Notes: generated by a model from the letters alone, not told the origin. DNA of 64,000 bases from Candidatus Latescibacterota bacterium (GCA_965203175.1 OZ241867.1:4512001-4576000); one strand, 5' to 3'; shown: positions 7,319-17,355, numbered from the stretch's first letter. A program made the numbers and translations.

Positions 7319-10078
7319 CTAGGCTTCGACAAGCTTGAGGCTGGCGCTTAGCTTCTCTTGGGTGGCGCGGTATTCGGCTTGGCGTTGGCGCTCCTGTGCG
7401 ACGATTTCGGGGGGTGCTTTGGTCAGGAAGCGGTCATTGGCCAGTTTGGCGTCTAGCCCCTTGAGCAAGCCGTCCATCTTTTGAATTTCCCTTTTGAGAC
7501 GCTGTCGTTCTGCATCTAGATCGATCAATCCCTCTAAGGGCACGAAAATTTCGGCCCCAGCCGTCATCGCGCTGCCCGAAGCCGGCGGTTGGACGAGCCC
7601 TTGGCCGACTTGCACGGATTCGGCCCGAGTCAACAGCGAGATGTAGGGGATGGCTTGGCGCAGGGTCTGTTCGACCTCGTCCGAGGTAGCCGAAACCAAG
7701 ATCTCGACTTTGCGCCCCGGAGGAACGTTCATCTCGCCGCGAATGATCCGCACCCCGGTCACTACCTCTTGCAGGCCCTGCATTTGCGCTTCGGCCTCCG
7801 GGGCTATCAATTCGTCGTCGCATTCCGGCCACGCCTCGATCATGATGCTGTTAGCTGACGAGCCGTGAGGCAGGGCCTGCCACAAGGTCTCGGTGATAAA
7901 GGGCATAATGGGATGCAACAGCCGCAGGGCGGTTTCGAGCACGCGCACGAGATGCTCTTGGGCTACGCGCCGCGCCTGGGGATCGCCGCCCTGCAAGCGC
8001 ACCTTGGCCAATTCGAGGTACCAGTCGCAATAATCGCGCCAGACGAAGTCGTAGATCGCCCGCGTGAGGTCACTGAAGCGGTAGGATTGCATGGCCTCGG
8101 TCATCTCGCGCACAGCCACTTGCAACCGGCTCCAGATCCAGCGGTCGGCCAATTCGCTCCGCTCGCAGGGGCCGGGCTCGTATCCGTCGATGTTCATCAG
8201 CACGAAGCGGGTCGCATTCCACAGCTTGTTGCCAAAGTTGCGGCCGGCCTCGGCACTGGCCGAAGCTTGCACTTGGTTGTTCTCGACTGCCGCATCAAAG
8301 CGCACGTCTTGGACAGCTCCGGCCTGCGCCAACAGACAATAGCGCGTCGCATCCGCGCCGTAGCGCGCCACCAAGTCGAGCGGGTTGAGGCCCGTACCCA
8401 AGCTCTTGCTCATGCGGCGACCGTCTTGGGTCAGAATCGTCGGGTGGACCAACACCGTCTTAAAGGGAATCTGCTCTACGAACTCTAGCGAGGTCATGGC
8501 CATCCGCAAAACCCACAAATAGAGAATGTCGCGGGCCGTGATCATCAAATCCGTGGGATAAAAGTACTCCAGCGCGTCGCGTCTCTGCGGCCAACCGAGG
8601 GTGGCAAATGGCCACAGTGCGGAAGAAAACCACGTGTCGAGCACATCTGGATCTTGCACCCAATCTTGGCCACCGCATTCGGGACAGGCCTCTGGCTTAG
8701 CCACGCTAACCACGGGCTTGGCCCCAGCCGCCACCGAAACCCTGAAGCTGCCCTCGCGCAGGGCTTGCTCCCGGTCCAAGTTGCCCATGGCGCTCAGCCC
8801 ATCGGCACTGCAATGGGTGCAATACCAAGCGGGAATGCGATGCCCCCACCAGATCTGTCGCGACAAGGCCCAATCGCGTATTTGGTCCAACCATTCGATG
8901 GCATAGTGGCGGAAGCGGTCGGGCTCGTATTGAATATCCTGCCGCACGAGCACGGGCCGCACCTTGGCCGCTATCTCCTTCATGTTCATAAACCACTGCT
9001 CCATCGGCAGGGGTTCGACGACCGTGCCGCACTTGTCGTGGTGGGGTACGGCGTGTTCGTGATCTTCTATTTTTACCAGCAGCCCTTCGGCTTCCAACGC
9101 AGCCACCACGGCCTCGCGGGCCGCGTAGCGATCCAACCCGGCGAAGCGACCGGCCGCCTCGGTCATAACCCCGTCAAAGCCTATGACTTGGATTTGCGCT
9201 AGGTCGTGGCGCAACCCAAGCTCGTAGTCGTTAGGGTCGTGGGCTGGAGTAACTTTGACCGCCCCGCTGCCCAGTTCGGGATCGGCGTATTCATCGGCAA
9301 CGATGGGGATGGCTCTATCCATCAGCGGCAGCTCAACTTGCAAGCCAATCGCTTCGCGCCAGCGGTCGTCGTTGGGATGGACGGCCACGCCCGTGTCCCC
9401 CAACATGGTCTCCGGCCGAGTGGTGGCGACCACGACTTGTAACGCCCCCTCTTGGGCCGGGTAGCGAATATGCCACAAGTGTCCGGAAACCTCGCGCTCT
9501 TCGGTCTCTAAATCAGAAATGACCGTGCGGCACTGCGGACACCAGTTGATCATGCGGGTACCACGGTAAATCCACCCCTTCTCCGCAAAATGCTCGAAAG
9601 CCTGCAATACGGCCTCGACGTACTCCTCGTCGAGCGTGAATCGCTCCCAGCGCCAATCGTAGCTGGCCCCGAGTTGGCGCAATTGGTGGTAGATGGCATC
9701 CCCGTATTTTTCCTTCCACTGCCAAATCCGGTCGAGCATGGCGTCGCGCCCCAAGTCGTAGCGATTCTTGCCCTCGACCTCTAAAAGCTCCTGCTCGACC
9801 TTCATCTGGGTGGCAATGCCCGCGTGATCCGTGCCCGGCAGACAGAGCGTCTCAAAGCCTTGCATTCGCTTCCACCGCACTACTAAATCGTGGATGGCGT
9901 GTTGAATCGCATGGCCCATGTGCAGCTCGCCCGTCACGTTGGGTGGAGGAATTACTATGCTGTAAGGGGGCTTATCTGGGTTGATCCCCGCGTTAAAATG
10001 GCCATTTTCCTCCCAGAAATTGTACCATTTTTCTTCAATCGCCACGGGATCGTACGTCTTGGCCAATTCTTCCGTCAT
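7319..10078 (-). CDS. valS: Valyl-tRNA synthetase
   Basis: PPPNVTGELHMGHA, TTRPETMLGD, KVTPAHD, DVLDTWFSS, RMSKS and a C-terminal coiled coil. Confidence 0.98.
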   Translation of the reverse strand: MTEELAKTYDPVAIEEKWYNFWEENGHFNAGINPDKPPYSIVIPPPNVTGELHMGHAIQHAIHDLVVRWKRMQGFETLCLPGTDHAGIATQMKVEQELLEVEGKNRYDLGRDAMLDRIWQWKEKYGDAIYHQLRQLGASYDWRWERFTLDEEYVEAVLQAFEHFAEKGWIYRGTRMINWCPQCRTVISDLETEEREVSGHLWHIRYPAQEGALQVVVATTRPETMLGDTGVAVHPNDDRWREAIGLQVELPLMDRAIPIVADEYADPELGSGAVKVTPAHDPNDYELGLRHDLAQIQVIGFDGVMTEAAGRFAGLDRYAAREAVVAALEAEGLLVKIEDHEHAVPHHDKCGTVVEPLPMEQWFMNMKEIAAKVRPVLVRQDIQYEPDRFRHYAIEWLDQIRDWALSRQIWWGHRIPAWYCTHCSADGLSAMGNLDREQALREGSFRVSVAAGAKPVVSVAKPEACPECGGQDWVQDPDVLDTWFSSALWPFATLGWPQRRDALEYFYPTDLMITARDILYLWVLRMAMTSLEFVEQIPFKTVLVHPTILTQDGRRMSKSLGTGLNPLDLVARYGADATRYCLLAQAGAVQDVRFDAAVENNQVQASASAEAGRNFGNKLWNATRFVLMNIDGYEPGPCERSELADRWIWSRLQVAVREMTEAMQSYRFSDLTRAIYDFVWRDYCDWYLELAKVRLQGGDPQARRVAQEHLVRVLETALRLLHPIMPFITETLWQALPHGSSANSIMIEAWPECDDELIAPEAEAQMQGLQEVVTGVRIIRGEMNVPPGRKVEILVSATSDEVEQTLRQAIPYISLLTRAESVQVGQGLVQPPASGSAMTAGAEIFVPLEGLIDLDAERQRLKREIQKMDGLLKGLDAKLANDRFLTKAPPEIVAQERQRQAEYRATQEKLSASLKLVEA

Positions 10079-10216
10079 GCCGCGTCCTTATCCTTGTGTT
10101 TAATATGAAGGTTAAACTAAAAATATAACCCTTTCCCCTGACCTGACAATTTTGCTCGCCGCGCTTGGCTGTCTATTTTGTGTCCAGTTCATTTCACCTG
10201 TGCTAGGCGATTCAAT

Positions 10217-11143
10217 ATGGGCAACTGGTCCAAGCTGCAAACGGAGCAGCGCAATCCAGCTACTGAGCACATCGACGAAGTCTCGACGCTAGAGATGCTA
10301 GCGATCATCAATCGAGAAGACGCCCTCGTGTCAGCCGCAGTCGCCGCACAATTGGCTCCTATCGCCGAGGCGGTTGACTTAGTCGCTAGCCAGCTTGGGA
10401 ACAGAGGCCGTCTGTTCTACCTCGGCGCGGGTACCAGCGGTCGGCTCGGTGTGCTAGATGCGGCTGAATGCCCTCCCACCTTTGGCGCAAGCCCTCAGTT
10501 GGTTCAGGGCCTGCTCGCCGGCGGGCCAGCGGCTCTATGCCAATCCGTAGAAGGTGTGGAAGACGACCGCGAGACCGCGCCAAGCGAATTGGCCCAGCGG
10601 GACTTGGGGCCGAACGATGTACTCATGGGTATTGCTGCCAGCGGCGTAACCCCTTTTGTTATCAGCGGCATGGAGTACGCCGCGCAGCAAGGTTGTCCGA
10701 CGATCTTTTTTACTTGCAGTCCCACGGCTGCCAAATCCGTTGCTGCCTCAATCAAGATCGTCCCCGAGGTCGGCCCGGAAGTCATCACCGGATCGACGCG
10801 GATGAAGGCCGGAACAGCGACCAAGCTGGTGCTCAACATGATCAGCACCGGCGCTATGGTGAAATTGGGCAAGACATACGGCAACCTCATGGTCGATCTC
10901 CAACCCACCAATGCCAAGCTGCGCGACCGCGCCGAGCGCATCTTGGCGACGCTGACCGGAGCTTCGCCTCAAGTGGCTGCCGCCCGGCTGCAAGCGGCCG
11001 AAGGAGGCTTGAAACTGGCGCTGGTCATGGAGCTATGCCAACTAGATCGCCCCCAAGCACAGCACCTTCTCGATACCTGCGGCGGGAGCGTCAAGGCCGC
11101 CGCCCTCGCCACTGGAGCAAACCCTTGCAATACGCAAACCTAG
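10217..11143 (+). CDS. murQ: N-acetylmuramic acid 6-phosphate etherase
   Basis: TEQRN, GAGTSGRLGVLDAAECPPTF, GPEVITGSTRMKAGTA, YGNLMVD; start set at ATG 10217. Confidence 0.96.
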   Translation: MGNWSKLQTEQRNPATEHIDEVSTLEMLAIINREDALVSAAVAAQLAPIAEAVDLVASQLGNRGRLFYLGAGTSGRLGVLDAAECPPTFGASPQLVQGLLAGGPAALCQSVEGVEDDRETAPSELAQRDLGPNDVLMGIAASGVTPFVISGMEYAAQQGCPTIFFTCSPTAAKSVAASIKIVPEVGPEVITGSTRMKAGTATKLVLNMISTGAMVKLGKTYGNLMVDLQPTNAKLRDRAERILATLTGASPQVAAARLQAAEGGLKLALVMELCQLDRPQAQHLLDTCGGSVKAAALATGANPCNTQT

Positions 11144-12069
11144 GCCGCACAAACTTGCGCCTATCGGCCTTGGGCCTTGGCACCGTGCAATTGGGCATGG
11201 CGTACGGCTGGGACCAACAGCCGCCACCGCCTGATGACCACGTGATTGGACTAATCCGCCGCGCCTTGGAGCTAGGCATCAACTACATCGACACGGCCGC
11301 GGAGTACGGCCGTAGTGAAAGCCTCGTGGGCCGTGCGTGTGCTGGGCTGACGTGTCAGCCCGTGATTGCCACCAAGCTCTCCATCCGAGGTCCCGATAAC
11401 GCAGGGCTGTTGACCGGACAGGCGCTGCGTCAGTCCGTTGAGCAGTCGCTGAGCCAGAGCTTGCAGAAACTTGGCGTCGATGCGCTCGAACTCGTGCAGT
11501 TGCACAGTCTCGACACGCGCTTTGCAACTCCGGAACTGCTGGAATTGTTAGCGCAATACAACCAACGCGGCTGGGTGCGCTATTGGGGCGTTACCACGTA
11601 CGGCGAAGAGGCTCCGCTCGACGCCTTAGATCATCCCGAGCTAATTTGCTCGATGCAGATACCGTATAGCGCGCTCGACCGCCGGATGGAACGCAAGGTA
11701 ATCCCCCGCGCCCAAGCACAGGGCACAGGCGTCATCCTGCGCTCTATCTTCCTTCAAGGCGTCCTGTCGCATCGGCTCGACTCGCTCCCGACCTCGCTTG
11801 CTGATCTGTCCCCGTTGGTCGCTCCCCTGCTGAGGCTAGCGCAGGACGCAGGCATGGACCTAGCCGAACTGGCTTTGCGCTTTGCCACCTTTGCTTCCGG
11901 CGCTCATTCAGCTATTTTCGGCACCACGAACGTCTCCGAACTCGAAGCCAATATCCGCGCAGTCGAGGCCGGTCCTCTACCGACCGATCTAGTAGCAGTC
12001 GTGCGCGCAATCGAGGTCGCGGATTCAGCCCTGCTCAACCCCGGCAACTGGAGGTTATCTACGCCGTGA
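11125..12069 (+). CDS. Aldo/keto reductase
   Basis: LGRTNLRLSALGLGT, GINYIDTAAEYG, IATK, LVQLHS; TTG start at 11125 behind a GGAG RBS. Confidence 0.9.
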   Translation: MQYANLGRTNLRLSALGLGTVQLGMAYGWDQQPPPPDDHVIGLIRRALELGINYIDTAAEYGRSESLVGRACAGLTCQPVIATKLSIRGPDNAGLLTGQALRQSVEQSLSQSLQKLGVDALELVQLHSLDTRFATPELLELLAQYNQRGWVRYWGVTTYGEEAPLDALDHPELICSMQIPYSALDRRMERKVIPRAQAQGTGVILRSIFLQGVLSHRLDSLPTSLADLSPLVAPLLRLAQDAGMDLAELALRFATFASGAHSAIFGTTNVSELEANIRAVEAGPLPTDLVAVVRAIEVADSALLNPGNWRLSTP

Positions 12070-13163
12070 ATGAACCCATACCAGGCCAAGCCCTAGACGA
12101 TTTAGAGACCCCGGTGCTGCTGCTCGATCTCGACCGCTTTGAATCCAATGTGCAGCACATGGCTGCGTATTGCCGCGACAATGGCAAGGAATGGCGGCCC
12201 CACAGCAAGGCACACAAATCCCCGGCCATAGCCCACATTGAGTTGGCCAACGGGGCCTGCGGCATCACCTGCGCCAAATTGAGCGAAGCCGAGTGGATGG
12301 TCGCGCATGGCGTATCTTCCATCCTGCTGGCCAACCAGATCGTCAGTCCGGTGAAATTCGCCGCCTTAGCCCGCCTGCAACACCAAGCCGAAGTCATTGC
12401 CGCAGTCGATAATATCGCCGTCGTCGAACCTATGGCCGCCGCGGCCGACGCCGAGGGCGTCCGCATCCCCGTGGTCGTGGAAATCGACATTGGCATGAAG
12501 CGGGTCGGCGTGGAGCCTGGTCCCCCTCTCCTCGCCTTGTCCAAGGCCATTAGCGACCAATCTGGGCTGGCGTTCAAGGGCCTAATGGGCTACGAGGGCC
12601 ACGTACTCGACTGCTGGCCACTGTCAGCCAAGAAAAAGGCCTGTTATGAAGCATTGGACATATTAGTAGAATCGCGCAACTTGCTGGAGGACAATGGAAT
12701 ACAGGTAGAAATTGTCACTGCCGGCGGCACGGGTTCATACGAGCTCAGTGCCCTCCACGACGGGGTCACTGAACTCCAAGCCGGCGGCGGCGTGTTCATG
12801 GACGTCATGTATCGCCGGAAATGCCACGTCGAAGCGCTCACCCCCGCCTTAACGGTGCTCACCTCGGTCACCAGCCGCGCAGCCGACCGGGTCGTTGTCG
12901 ATGCTGGCTTTAAGACGCTGTCTTCCGGCCACCAGCCACCGGAGGTGCTGGGCCGAGACGATCTGCGCCTGCGCGGCCTGTCTGCTGAACACGGAATTTT
13001 CGACATCGTAGAGGGTCAGGCCGGGCCGGCCTTGGGCGAGCGGATCGAACTGCTCGTCGGCTATTCGGATTCGACGACCTTTTTGCACAATTACTTCGTC
13101 GCCGTCCGCAAGGGGCGCGTGGAGAAAATATGGGACATCTCGGCGCGGGGCCTCTTGCGCTGA
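12066..13163 (+). CDS. DSD1 / D-threonine aldolase-like PLP enzyme (alanine racemase fold)
   Basis: LETPVLLLD, RPHSKAHK (PLP lysine), GYEGH, AGGTG, DAGFK, LSAEHG. Confidence 0.9.
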   Translation: MNEPIPGQALDDLETPVLLLDLDRFESNVQHMAAYCRDNGKEWRPHSKAHKSPAIAHIELANGACGITCAKLSEAEWMVAHGVSSILLANQIVSPVKFAALARLQHQAEVIAAVDNIAVVEPMAAAADAEGVRIPVVVEIDIGMKRVGVEPGPPLLALSKAISDQSGLAFKGLMGYEGHVLDCWPLSAKKKACYEALDILVESRNLLEDNGIQVEIVTAGGTGSYELSALHDGVTELQAGGGVFMDVMYRRKCHVEALTPALTVLTSVTSRAADRVVVDAGFKTLSSGHQPPEVLGRDDLRLRGLSAEHGIFDIVEGQAGPALGERIELLVGYSDSTTFLHNYFVAVRKGRVEKIWDISARGLLR

Positions 13164-13191
13164 CACCGACCAATAGCAACGGAGAAAGCAG

Positions 13192-13470
13192 ATGACTAAA
13201 GCCGAAATCGCCCAGCAGCTAGCCCGGAGTACGGGGCTCTCCCAAGTGGACACCACGGCCGTTATCGAGGGTTTTATCGAAGCCATAGCCCAAGCATTGG
13301 AAGAGGGCGATCACGTCGAAATCCGCGGTTTTGGCACCTTCAAAGTCGTGGAGCGCGCACCGCGCACCGGCCGCAATCCCAAAGCTGGCGCAGCCATCGC
13401 AATCCCCAAGCACAAGACCCCGACCTTCAAACCTTCCAATGCCGTAAAGAGCAGAATCGTCCAGCGCTAA
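13192..13470 (+). CDS. HU/IHF family DNA-binding protein
   Basis: MTKAE, VEIRGFGTF, RTGRNPK, PTFKPS. Confidence 0.95.
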   Translation: MTKAEIAQQLARSTGLSQVDTTAVIEGFIEAIAQALEEGDHVEIRGFGTFKVVERAPRTGRNPKAGAAIAIPKHKTPTFKPSNAVKSRIVQR

Positions 13471-13471
13471 C

Positions 13472-14575
13472 ATGAACCTGCTGTTGATTTCGGTCGATAG
13501 CCTGCGCTTGGATTTTGCCCCCGGGATCAGTGCGGCCGTGCGCACGCCCCGATTTTCCACTTTGACGCGCGATTTTCACCTCTGCCAGCACTGCTTTTCG
13601 GTTTCTTCGGCCACTCGTCCGGTCCACACTTCGCTTTTTACCGGGCTATACCCGTTTGAACACGGTATCGAAGGCCAGCACTCCTCCGCTATGCGGCAGG
13701 GCGTTGCCGACCTCTTCGACCTCTGCCGTCGAGCCGGCTATGCAGTCGGCGCATTTTCAGAGGCTCCGGACATTTTCACCGGCCTGAGCTACGCCAACTA
13801 CATCGCCCCCTTGCCCACAGACGAGCAGCTCACCGGCTGGCCACAACGTCGCAAGCCGACCATTCTCTTTATTCACTACTGGAGCGTTCATCCCCCTTAT
13901 GGCGCCGCAGACGGGCTGGCCTTTGGAGAAGTGGGCCAATTGCTAGCGGCTGGGCGCATTGGCGAGGTGCAGACGCGCTATCGCGCAGCCATTGAACAAC
14001 TCTTCGAGCGGCACATCGCCCGGCTGTTGGCCGCCTTGGACCTTAGCACATGGGCGGTCTTCATCATCAGCGATCACGGCCAGAGTTGGCGGAAAGACGA
14101 ACCCTATCACGGCCAGACCTTGTGCAACGACGTACTGCGGGTGCCTCTGTACTACCGACTTCCCTCGGAAGAACCGGTCGGGCGCAATCTCATCTCACTG
14201 GTAGATCTCTTCCCGACTTTTTTATCGCTGTTGCAGTTGGAGTATCCCTACGACGGCTTTGCCCGCGACATCCGTACCCCTTCCCCACCCGAGTACTACT
14301 TGGCCGAAATCGCCCCCGGCCCAGCCGCGCAACAAGGCCGCCAATGGTCCCTCTTCAATGCCAGCGCCAAATTCACCTGTGATCAATCAACCCAGCGCGA
14401 AACCTTAGTCGAGACGTTTAGCGAGCGACCGCTCCCAGCACTCGATACTCGCCCATACCACCAAGCATACGCAGCGCTCAAAGCAGCTTCTAGTTATGTC
14501 CAAGCGGAGTTTGCCCCAGCCGCCGACCGCGCCCTCTTGCACCAGCGGCTGCGAGCCTTGGGTTATATGGATTAA
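13472..14575 (+). CDS. Alkaline-phosphatase superfamily sulfatase-like hydrolase
   Basis: NLLLISVDSLR, TRPVHTSLFTGLYP, HPPY, SDHG and C-terminal RLRALGY. Confidence 0.85.
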   Translation: MNLLLISVDSLRLDFAPGISAAVRTPRFSTLTRDFHLCQHCFSVSSATRPVHTSLFTGLYPFEHGIEGQHSSAMRQGVADLFDLCRRAGYAVGAFSEAPDIFTGLSYANYIAPLPTDEQLTGWPQRRKPTILFIHYWSVHPPYGAADGLAFGEVGQLLAAGRIGEVQTRYRAAIEQLFERHIARLLAALDLSTWAVFIISDHGQSWRKDEPYHGQTLCNDVLRVPLYYRLPSEEPVGRNLISLVDLFPTFLSLLQLEYPYDGFARDIRTPSPPEYYLAEIAPGPAAQQGRQWSLFNASAKFTCDQSTQRETLVETFSERPLPALDTRPYHQAYAALKAASSYVQAEFAPAADRALLHQRLRALGYMD

Positions 14576-15123
14576 TCTGAGGGGACGAACTCGGGCTTTA
14601 GGGCCTGATAATCCTCCCCCAAAAGGGCAAAGATATCGGCCCACCGGCGCGGGTAGGATGGATGACTGTTATTGGGCGCGAAGCCCAGCTTGAGATAGCA
14701 GCGCAGAGCCGGAATGCGGAAGTCGTCGGTCAGCAGGTATATGGGCCGAGGGCCTAGCGCCTTGGCTTGGGCCACGGCTGCACTTACGATGAACTTGCCT
14801 AGGTCGCGCCCCTGAAAGTCTGGGTGGACCGCAACCCAACCCATTTCCCAGCACGGCCGTAGTTCGCGGGTGCGGTCGTTGCAACCCGTACAGGCGACGA
14901 TCTGCCCCTCGTACTCGATAAAAAGCTGGACCCGGGTTTTTTCTAGCACGCCCTCTAGTCGCCGCCGGTCCCAACGGCCCAATTCGCCATTGGCCTGCAA
15001 TAGAGACAACCAACCCTCCTCGTCACCCGGCTGGTACGTCCGCAACCGATAGCCAGCTATTTCCGGCAAGGCCGGGGCGGCCTCGCGCCCATACCAGAGG
15101 ATAAGCTGAGGCAGGGGACTCAA
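14572..15123 (-). CDS. GNAT family N-acetyltransferase
   Basis: VAVHPDFQGRDLG motif A and ALRCYLKLGF motif B. Confidence 0.9.
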   Translation of the reverse strand: MSPLPQLILWYGREAAPALPEIAGYRLRTYQPGDEEGWLSLLQANGELGRWDRRRLEGVLEKTRVQLFIEYEGQIVACTGCNDRTRELRPCWEMGWVAVHPDFQGRDLGKFIVSAAVAQAKALGPRPIYLLTDDFRIPALRCYLKLGFAPNNSHPSYPRRWADIFALLGEDYQALKPEFVPSD

Positions 15124-15536
15124 GTCCGGCCTTCCTGACGCCGGAAGATGGACGACTTAAACTGCTCGGGGCAATGGGGTTGGAGCACGACTATTTCGCA
15201 GTGGGGGAAGGCCTCGGCCAAGCCCGCTGGCCTCCGTTGGTCATAGCCGAGGGCAATAATGTTAGGTGAGACCTCGCCGACGATGCGCAAAAAGTTACAG
15301 CCCTCGTGGCCGAGGCGGACCTCGATGACCTCGGGCAGTTCCTCCAGCGCAGCTTTGCGTTCCTCTTGGGATTGGTCGGGATAGTGTCCCTTGATGCGCC
15401 GGACGTTCTCGTCGCGGGCGACTACGACGAACAGTTCATCGCCCAGCGCAGCCGCCTGCGCGATAAAGGAGCGGTGACCTGGGTGCAGATAATCAAAAGT
15501 GCCGCAGCACAATACGCGAGTTTTATTCATTGGCAC
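15120..15536 (-). CDS. Cytidylyltransferase-family nucleotidyltransferase, archaeal RibL-type FAD synthase-like
   Basis: GTFDYLHPGH, VVVARD, IIALGYDQ, terminal KSS; only about 136 aa, no kinase domain. Confidence 0.75.
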   Translation of the reverse strand: MPMNKTRVLCCGTFDYLHPGHRSFIAQAAALGDELFVVVARDENVRRIKGHYPDQSQEERKAALEELPEVIEVRLGHEGCNFLRIVGEVSPNIIALGYDQRRPAGLAEAFPHCEIVVLQPHCPEQFKSSIFRRQEGRT

Positions 15537-16035
15537 GCCGGTCTATCCAATACTCGACACCGCGGTCCTTGGCAAAAATGCGGCCAAAGCGGTTAGCGTC
15601 GGCGCGGTCGGCGAAATAGCCGATCCGCACCCGCACGCCGGCACCGCTCTGTACGCTATAAGCCGGATAGCCTTCGCTCTTCAATTCAAGCACCTTCTGA
15701 TCGGCGCGTTTCGCGTCCCGAAAGACGCCGACTTGAATGGTAAATTCGCCGTCGGGATCAAAAAATACGGGGCTAGCGTCGCCGGGATCGCCAGTATCGT
15801 CTGCATCGCTAGCATTACTGGCATCCCCGGCGTCGCTAGCGTCACTGGCATCGCTGCTGGCACCAGCTGGTACGGACACAGAGTCGGTCGGCGTTAAAAT
15901 GACTATTTCGCTACGGCCAGCGGGTTCGGATTCGGGGGCCTGTTCGTCTTTGCGGACATCGCTGTCGGCGCAGCCCCCGATCCAGAGGACTGTCCAAGCG
16001 AGCATCCATAGCCTATTGAGGTTCGCCGTACTCAA
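15523..16035 (-). CDS. SPOR-domain lipoprotein
   Basis: Lipobox IGGC, acidic low-complexity linker, SPOR domain FTIQVGVF...VRVRIGYF. Confidence 0.85.
   Translation of the reverse strand: MSTANLNRLWMLAWTVLWIGGCADSDVRKDEQAPESEPAGRSEIVILTPTDSVSVPAGASSDASDASDAGDASNASDADDTGDPGDASPVFFDPDGEFTIQVGVFRDAKRADQKVLELKSEGYPAYSVQSGAGVRVRIGYFADRADANRFGRIFAKDRGVEYWIDRRANE
15772..15856. repeat. Degenerate 9-bp coding tandem repeat ((S/G)DA)n
   Basis: Units such as gcatcgcta, gcattactg, gcatccccg, gcgtcgcta, gcgtcactg; protein SDASDASDAGDASNASDADDTGDPGDA. Confidence 0.75.
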
Positions 16036-17324
16036 TGCACAGCCTTAAGTGCGTCAAAGTGAATGCGGAGGGTTTCTTCTATATCTCCTTCCCCATGAGC
16101 GAGCGAGGGAAACATACATTCGTATTGGGAAGGTGCCAGATAGAGGCCCCGTTCTAGGCAAGCCCAGAAATAGCGCTTAAAGCGCTCTAAATCGACCGTT
16201 CCGACGCTGGCAAAATCCACCACCGGGTGCGAAGTAAAAAACATGCAGAGCATGGCGCCGACTCGGTTCAGTGCGTAGTTCAAGCCCAGTTTTTGCAGGT
16301 TGTTGGCCATGCCAGCCGCCAAGTCGGCGCAGCGACTCTCCAGCGTTTCGTAGATCTCGGGTTCGGATAGCATGTTCAATTGCTCCAAGCCCGCGGCCAT
16401 GGCGAGGGGATTGCCCGATAAGGTGCCAGCCTGTGAGACCTTTATGCCCAATGGCGACACGTTTTCCATGATCTCTCGTTTGCCGCCGTACGCGGCAGCT
16501 GGCAAGCCTCCTCCGACGATCTTGCCCAAACACGTCAGGTCGGGCATCACGCCATAGCGCTCTTGCGCCCCACCCGGACCGACGCGGAACCCCGTAATGA
16601 CCTCGTCGAAAATGAGGACGATCTCCTCTTCGTCTGCTATCTGGCGCAGTGCGGGGAGAAACCCTTCGCGCGGAGGCACGGTACCCATATTACCAGCCAC
16701 CGGCTCGACGATAATGGCGGCGATCTGGCCGCTGTTTCCCCGCGCGGCCGCGCGCACCGCATCCGCGTCGTTGTACGGCAGCGTCAAGGTTGAATCAACT
16801 ACGCTTTGCGGCACGCCCGGGCTCGTGGGAACCCCCAAGGTCAGGGCCGAAGACCCGGCCTCGCTCAAGAAGCCGTCCCCATGCCCGTGCCAGCAGCCTT
16901 CGAATTTGGCGATTTTGTCCCTGCCGGTATGGCCGCGAGCCAAGCGCACCGCCGCCATCGTGGCCTCGGTCCCCGAACTCACCATCCGCACCATCTCGAT
17001 AGAGGGCACCATCTCCACAATGCGCTCGGCCAGCGCGATTTCCAACTCGGTAGGGGCACCGAAACTGGTTCCCTTCGCACTGACTTCCTGCACGGCCTGT
17101 ACGACGCGGGGATGGGCATGGCCGAAAATGAGCGGCCCCCAAGAGCACACGTAGTCGATGTATTCGCGGCCATCGACATCAAAAATACGCGAACCAGCCC
17201 CCCGCTCGATAAAGAGAGGACCACCGCCCACTGCGCCAAAAGCCCGGGCTGGGCTATTCACGCCTCCGGGAATGACTTGCTGCGCTTGGGCGAAAGCCCT
17301 AGCCGAATTCGTTTCCATATGCAT
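16032..17324 (-). CDS. hemL: Glutamate-1-semialdehyde 2,1-aminomutase
   Basis: PGGVNSPARAF, YIDYVCSWGP, SGTEATM, FDEVITGFR, LGKIVGGG, QAGTLSGNP. Confidence 0.96.
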   Translation of the reverse strand: MHMETNSARAFAQAQQVIPGGVNSPARAFGAVGGGPLFIERGAGSRIFDVDGREYIDYVCSWGPLIFGHAHPRVVQAVQEVSAKGTSFGAPTELEIALAERIVEMVPSIEMVRMVSSGTEATMAAVRLARGHTGRDKIAKFEGCWHGHGDGFLSEAGSSALTLGVPTSPGVPQSVVDSTLTLPYNDADAVRAAARGNSGQIAAIIVEPVAGNMGTVPPREGFLPALRQIADEEEIVLIFDEVITGFRVGPGGAQERYGVMPDLTCLGKIVGGGLPAAAYGGKREIMENVSPLGIKVSQAGTLSGNPLAMAAGLEQLNMLSEPEIYETLESRCADLAAGMANNLQKLGLNYALNRVGAMLCMFFTSHPVVDFASVGTVDLERFKRYFWACLERGLYLAPSQYECMFPSLAHGEGDIEETLRIHFDALKAVH

Positions 17325-17355
17325 CTTTCTAAATAACGCCTAGATTTTCGCTATA

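Noticed and set aside
10079-10216. T-box leader for valS
   Set aside because: The region is short, shared with divergent murQ, and has no T-box consensus.
10468-11124. 219-codon open frame upstream of the AKR, overlapping murQ (possible frameshift fusion)
   Set aside because: murQ is complete in its own frame, the extension is Arg/Pro-rich shadow sequence, and the AKR has its own GGAG-TTG start.
15772-15856. Short repeats as CRISPR or a phase-variable tract
   Set aside because: Degenerate in-frame 9-mers encoding a linker, with no spacers or cas genes.
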